From a virus (lineage: Duplodnaviria > Caudoviricetes): a DNA stretch of 26,062 bases. The position numbers were made by a program, and so were the translations under genes. The stretch is taken from the IMG/VR virus record IMGVR_UViG_3300020414_000261, positions 1-26,062 of that record. The stretch is one strand, 5' to 3'. Below the pieces are notes generated by a model. It was not told the DNA's origin. It did no database searches and was given only the letters and a program-made list of their open reading frames with translations. Shown here one piece after another: positions 24,167 to 26,062 of the stretch (within the stretch, counting starts at the first letter, position 1; every line of letters begins with the position of its first letter).

Positions 24167-25087
24167 CTACAGTCCAGAAATTCCAAAACGACTATCTAAC
24201 GCTGCACCGCCGCGTTTTTCTGTTTTTGTTAACCCTTTAGTTTTTTGTTTTGCTCGTTCTTGTGCTTTTGCAACCATGTCATCATGAAAGCTGCTTTGCT
24301 TGCTATCGTTGCCACCTGTCATTTTACTGACAAGATTACCAATCAAAGACAAATCTTTTACGTCATTTGCTACAGTTTTAGCTATATCAACAACATCAGA
24401 CCCTATTTGACCAAAATGCTCACCTATCGACATTTCAAATGGATTTTTGTCTCTCATAACAAAACCACGCTCTGCAGCCTCAAAAGGAGACATTTGCCCC
24501 GGTTCATATCCAACAGCATAAATGCCACCGTCAGGCGTTTGTGCAAACCCCATTGCACCATCTGAAACACCTTTTGCGTAATTTTTCTTCTGCCGTTCTA
24601 AATGTTCAGCCATACCCATTCTATTGTTTGGATCTAAAAAGTCTGCCACGCGGTTTCCACTTGAACCTCCGCTGCCATAATCTTGACCGCTGCTACTTGC
24701 AGTATTAGTTGCTGTTGGTGTAAGTGAGGCTGTTGGTGCATCAACATTTCCCATTAATTCATTGTAAAGTGATGGGTTTCTACTTGCAAAATCTTGTTCC
24801 ATTTGCTTTTGCAGTAGATCGCTCGTGTAAACATCCATGCCACCAATATTTGCCATATTATTGCCCATATTAGGAGGTGAAACAGTGTCTAAACCAAGCG
24901 ATGATAATAGATTATTAGTGCCACTGTATGCCGCTTCTGGTACTTGTGCAAAATATTTAGGAACATTTATCGGTCCTTGAGCGTAGACTTTATCAAGTTC
25001 ATCTAGAATAAAATCTCTCGCCTGTTGTGACCTAGCGTCCATTACAGTCTGTTGAGGCTTTCCTAATAAAAAATCAAAAATACCCAT
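24167..25087 (-). CDS. putative internal virion protein
   Basis: MGIFDFLLG start, S/T/G linker, GGAG RBS, heads the ejection cluster. Confidence 0.65.
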   Translation of the reverse strand: MGIFDFLLGKPQQTVMDARSQQARDFILDELDKVYAQGPINVPKYFAQVPEAAYSGTNNLLSSLGLDTVSPPNMGNNMANIGGMDVYTSDLLQKQMEQDFASRNPSLYNELMGNVDAPTASLTPTATNTASSSGQDYGSGGSSGNRVADFLDPNNRMGMAEHLERQKKNYAKGVSDGAMGFAQTPDGGIYAVGYEPGQMSPFEAAERGFVMRDKNPFEMSIGEHFGQIGSDVVDIAKTVANDVKDLSLIGNLVSKMTGGNDSKQSSFHDDMVAKAQERAKQKTKGLTKTEKRGGAALDSRFGISGL

Positions 25088-25107
25088 CACTTCGCTCCAT
25101 ATTATTT

Positions 25108-25123
25108 TCTCTATAACACATTT
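25108..25123 (-). promoter_or_regulatory. putative late promoter, extended -10 (AATGTGTTATAGAGA)
   Basis: Intergenic; TGTTATAGAGA identical to the 2195-2205 copy. Confidence 0.5.
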
Positions 25124-25140
25124 TTATTTACAATACACCC

Positions 25141-25488
25141 CTAGTAACTTGTTAAGGCAACACGCTTCCATATAGCTGTTGACCCATTATATGCTGCAGT
25201 GCAAACATAAATATAATTTGTGTCCCAACTTATCATTCCCACATTGTCACCTGCTGCACCTATACTTGATGCAGGAGTTGCTTGCTGCATAGCTATTTGC
25301 CTAAAGGTATTTTGCGCAGAAACAACAGGATAATTTTTTTCGTCATCCCACAAAAATATACCGTTTTCACTAGGATTATCTGCAGATGTTCTAAAAAATA
25401 ATTTACCTAAATTTCTTGATAAAAATGTATTTAATGCCCTTCCCCATTGCCTTATATCTTCTCCTAATACTGGTGGTGATACTGGCAT
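25141..25488 (-). CDS. small tail protein (needle/fibre-like), 115 aa
   Basis: ATG 25488 TAATG-coupled to nozzle gene; C-terminal G...WDTNYIYVC......WKRVAL motif. Confidence 0.7.
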   Translation of the reverse strand: MPVSPPVLGEDIRQWGRALNTFLSRNLGKLFFRTSADNPSENGIFLWDDEKNYPVVSAQNTFRQIAMQQATPASSIGAAGDNVGMISWDTNYIYVCTAAYNGSTAIWKRVALTSY

Positions 25489-26062
25489 TATCTTGTGCCT
25501 CCTGATTTTATATCTAACCGCATTACACCAACTCGCCAATCAACATTGCTTACACCATCAACTCGCATTTTTATTTGCCTCCCAGAAAAACGCACTGCTG
25601 TAGGGTTTGCAGGGTTGAAAGGACCGAAACTTCTTTCTGTATCATTTGGCAGTAATTTTGACTTGAATGTTAAGTCAACATCACCTTGCGTTTTTTCATC
25701 AGGAATTACACTTGTAACTTTTAAAATTTCGTCACCGTTGCCGACAACAATAGCACCTGTCTCACAAAATATAGGCTCATTATCATAATTAAAACCAACT
25801 TCATGATTGTAAATATGTGATTTTGTGGTGTGTTCTGCCATCATAGGATATCTAAAAACGCCGCGACCTATACCCGATGTACGTTGCAAATTACCAATTA
25901 GCCAATGATTATCTACAAAATCATATGCAACATATCTGTCACATTCATTTGAGTTTGACGAACAATAGAACCACCAAACTTCGCTGTTTGCACCATTTAC
26001 CATGCCCCAGATTTTTGACTGTTGTGTTGAATTAAAATCTGAAAATACATAATCTTGAACAT
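25488..26062 (-). CDS. tail nozzle/DNA stabilization protein (P22 gp10-like), 5' truncated by window
   Basis: Frame open to window edge (VQDYVFSDFN...); EVWWFY.S......DRYV.Y, RFSGRQ..MRV, WRVG..RLD motifs. Confidence 0.8.
   Translation of the reverse strand, partial: VQDYVFSDFNSTQQSKIWGMVNGANSEVWWFYCSSNSNECDRYVAYDFVDNHWLIGNLQRTSGIGRGVFRYPMMAEHTTKSHIYNHEVGFNYDNEPIFCETGAIVVGNGDEILKVTSVIPDEKTQGDVDLTFKSKLLPNDTERSFGPFNPANPTAVRFSGRQIKMRVDGVSNVDWRVGVMRLDIKSGGTR

Noticed and set aside
13011-25788. Numerous plus-strand ORFs within the structural and lysis region (e.g. 20029-20445, 22734-23063, 16056-16367)
   Set aside because: Antisense shadows of well-supported minus-strand genes, without RBS or recognisable motifs
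1-26062. Alternative genetic code (stop-codon reassignment)
   Set aside because: Long conserved genes are intact under code 11, and TAA, TAG and TGA all end genes at tight junctions

Overview
A 26 kb AT-rich stretch of a short-tailed (BPP-1/P22/SU10-like morphogenesis) dsDNA phage, very probably infecting a marine alphaproteobacterium (Roseobacter-like). The host call rests on near-total GANTC avoidance, a GTA-type 3TM holin and a cuckoo-type CUCCUCCC RNA motif. The minus strand carries nozzle, ejection proteins, portal, scaffold, major capsid protein and lysis cassette (26062 to 12635), then Cro-like HTH, lambda O-like initiator with iterons, TerS, TerL, a cluster of tiny basic and acidic proteins, head-tail adaptor and tail genes (5448 to 1). 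The plus strand carries an SSAP/SSB/nin-like recombination operon (5542-8048) and an early cluster of small genes behind repeated sigma70 promoters (9076-12559). No integrase, CI repressor, DNA polymerase, tRNA or CRISPR is visible in the window. The most interesting signal is a hidden RNA layer: up to four promoter- or terminator-bounded small RNAs, one with an anti-Shine-Dalgarno loop that matches several sites in the phage's own HTH gene at 12008-12283. Other highlights are an EF-hand membrane protein in the lysis cassette, alternating basic and acidic microproteins after TerL, two apparent non-ATG starts (ATC, ATA), an internal start in a muramidase-ejection protein fusion, and a portal/capsid module uncoupled from the terminase. 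All calls come from reading motifs by eye; no database searches were run.
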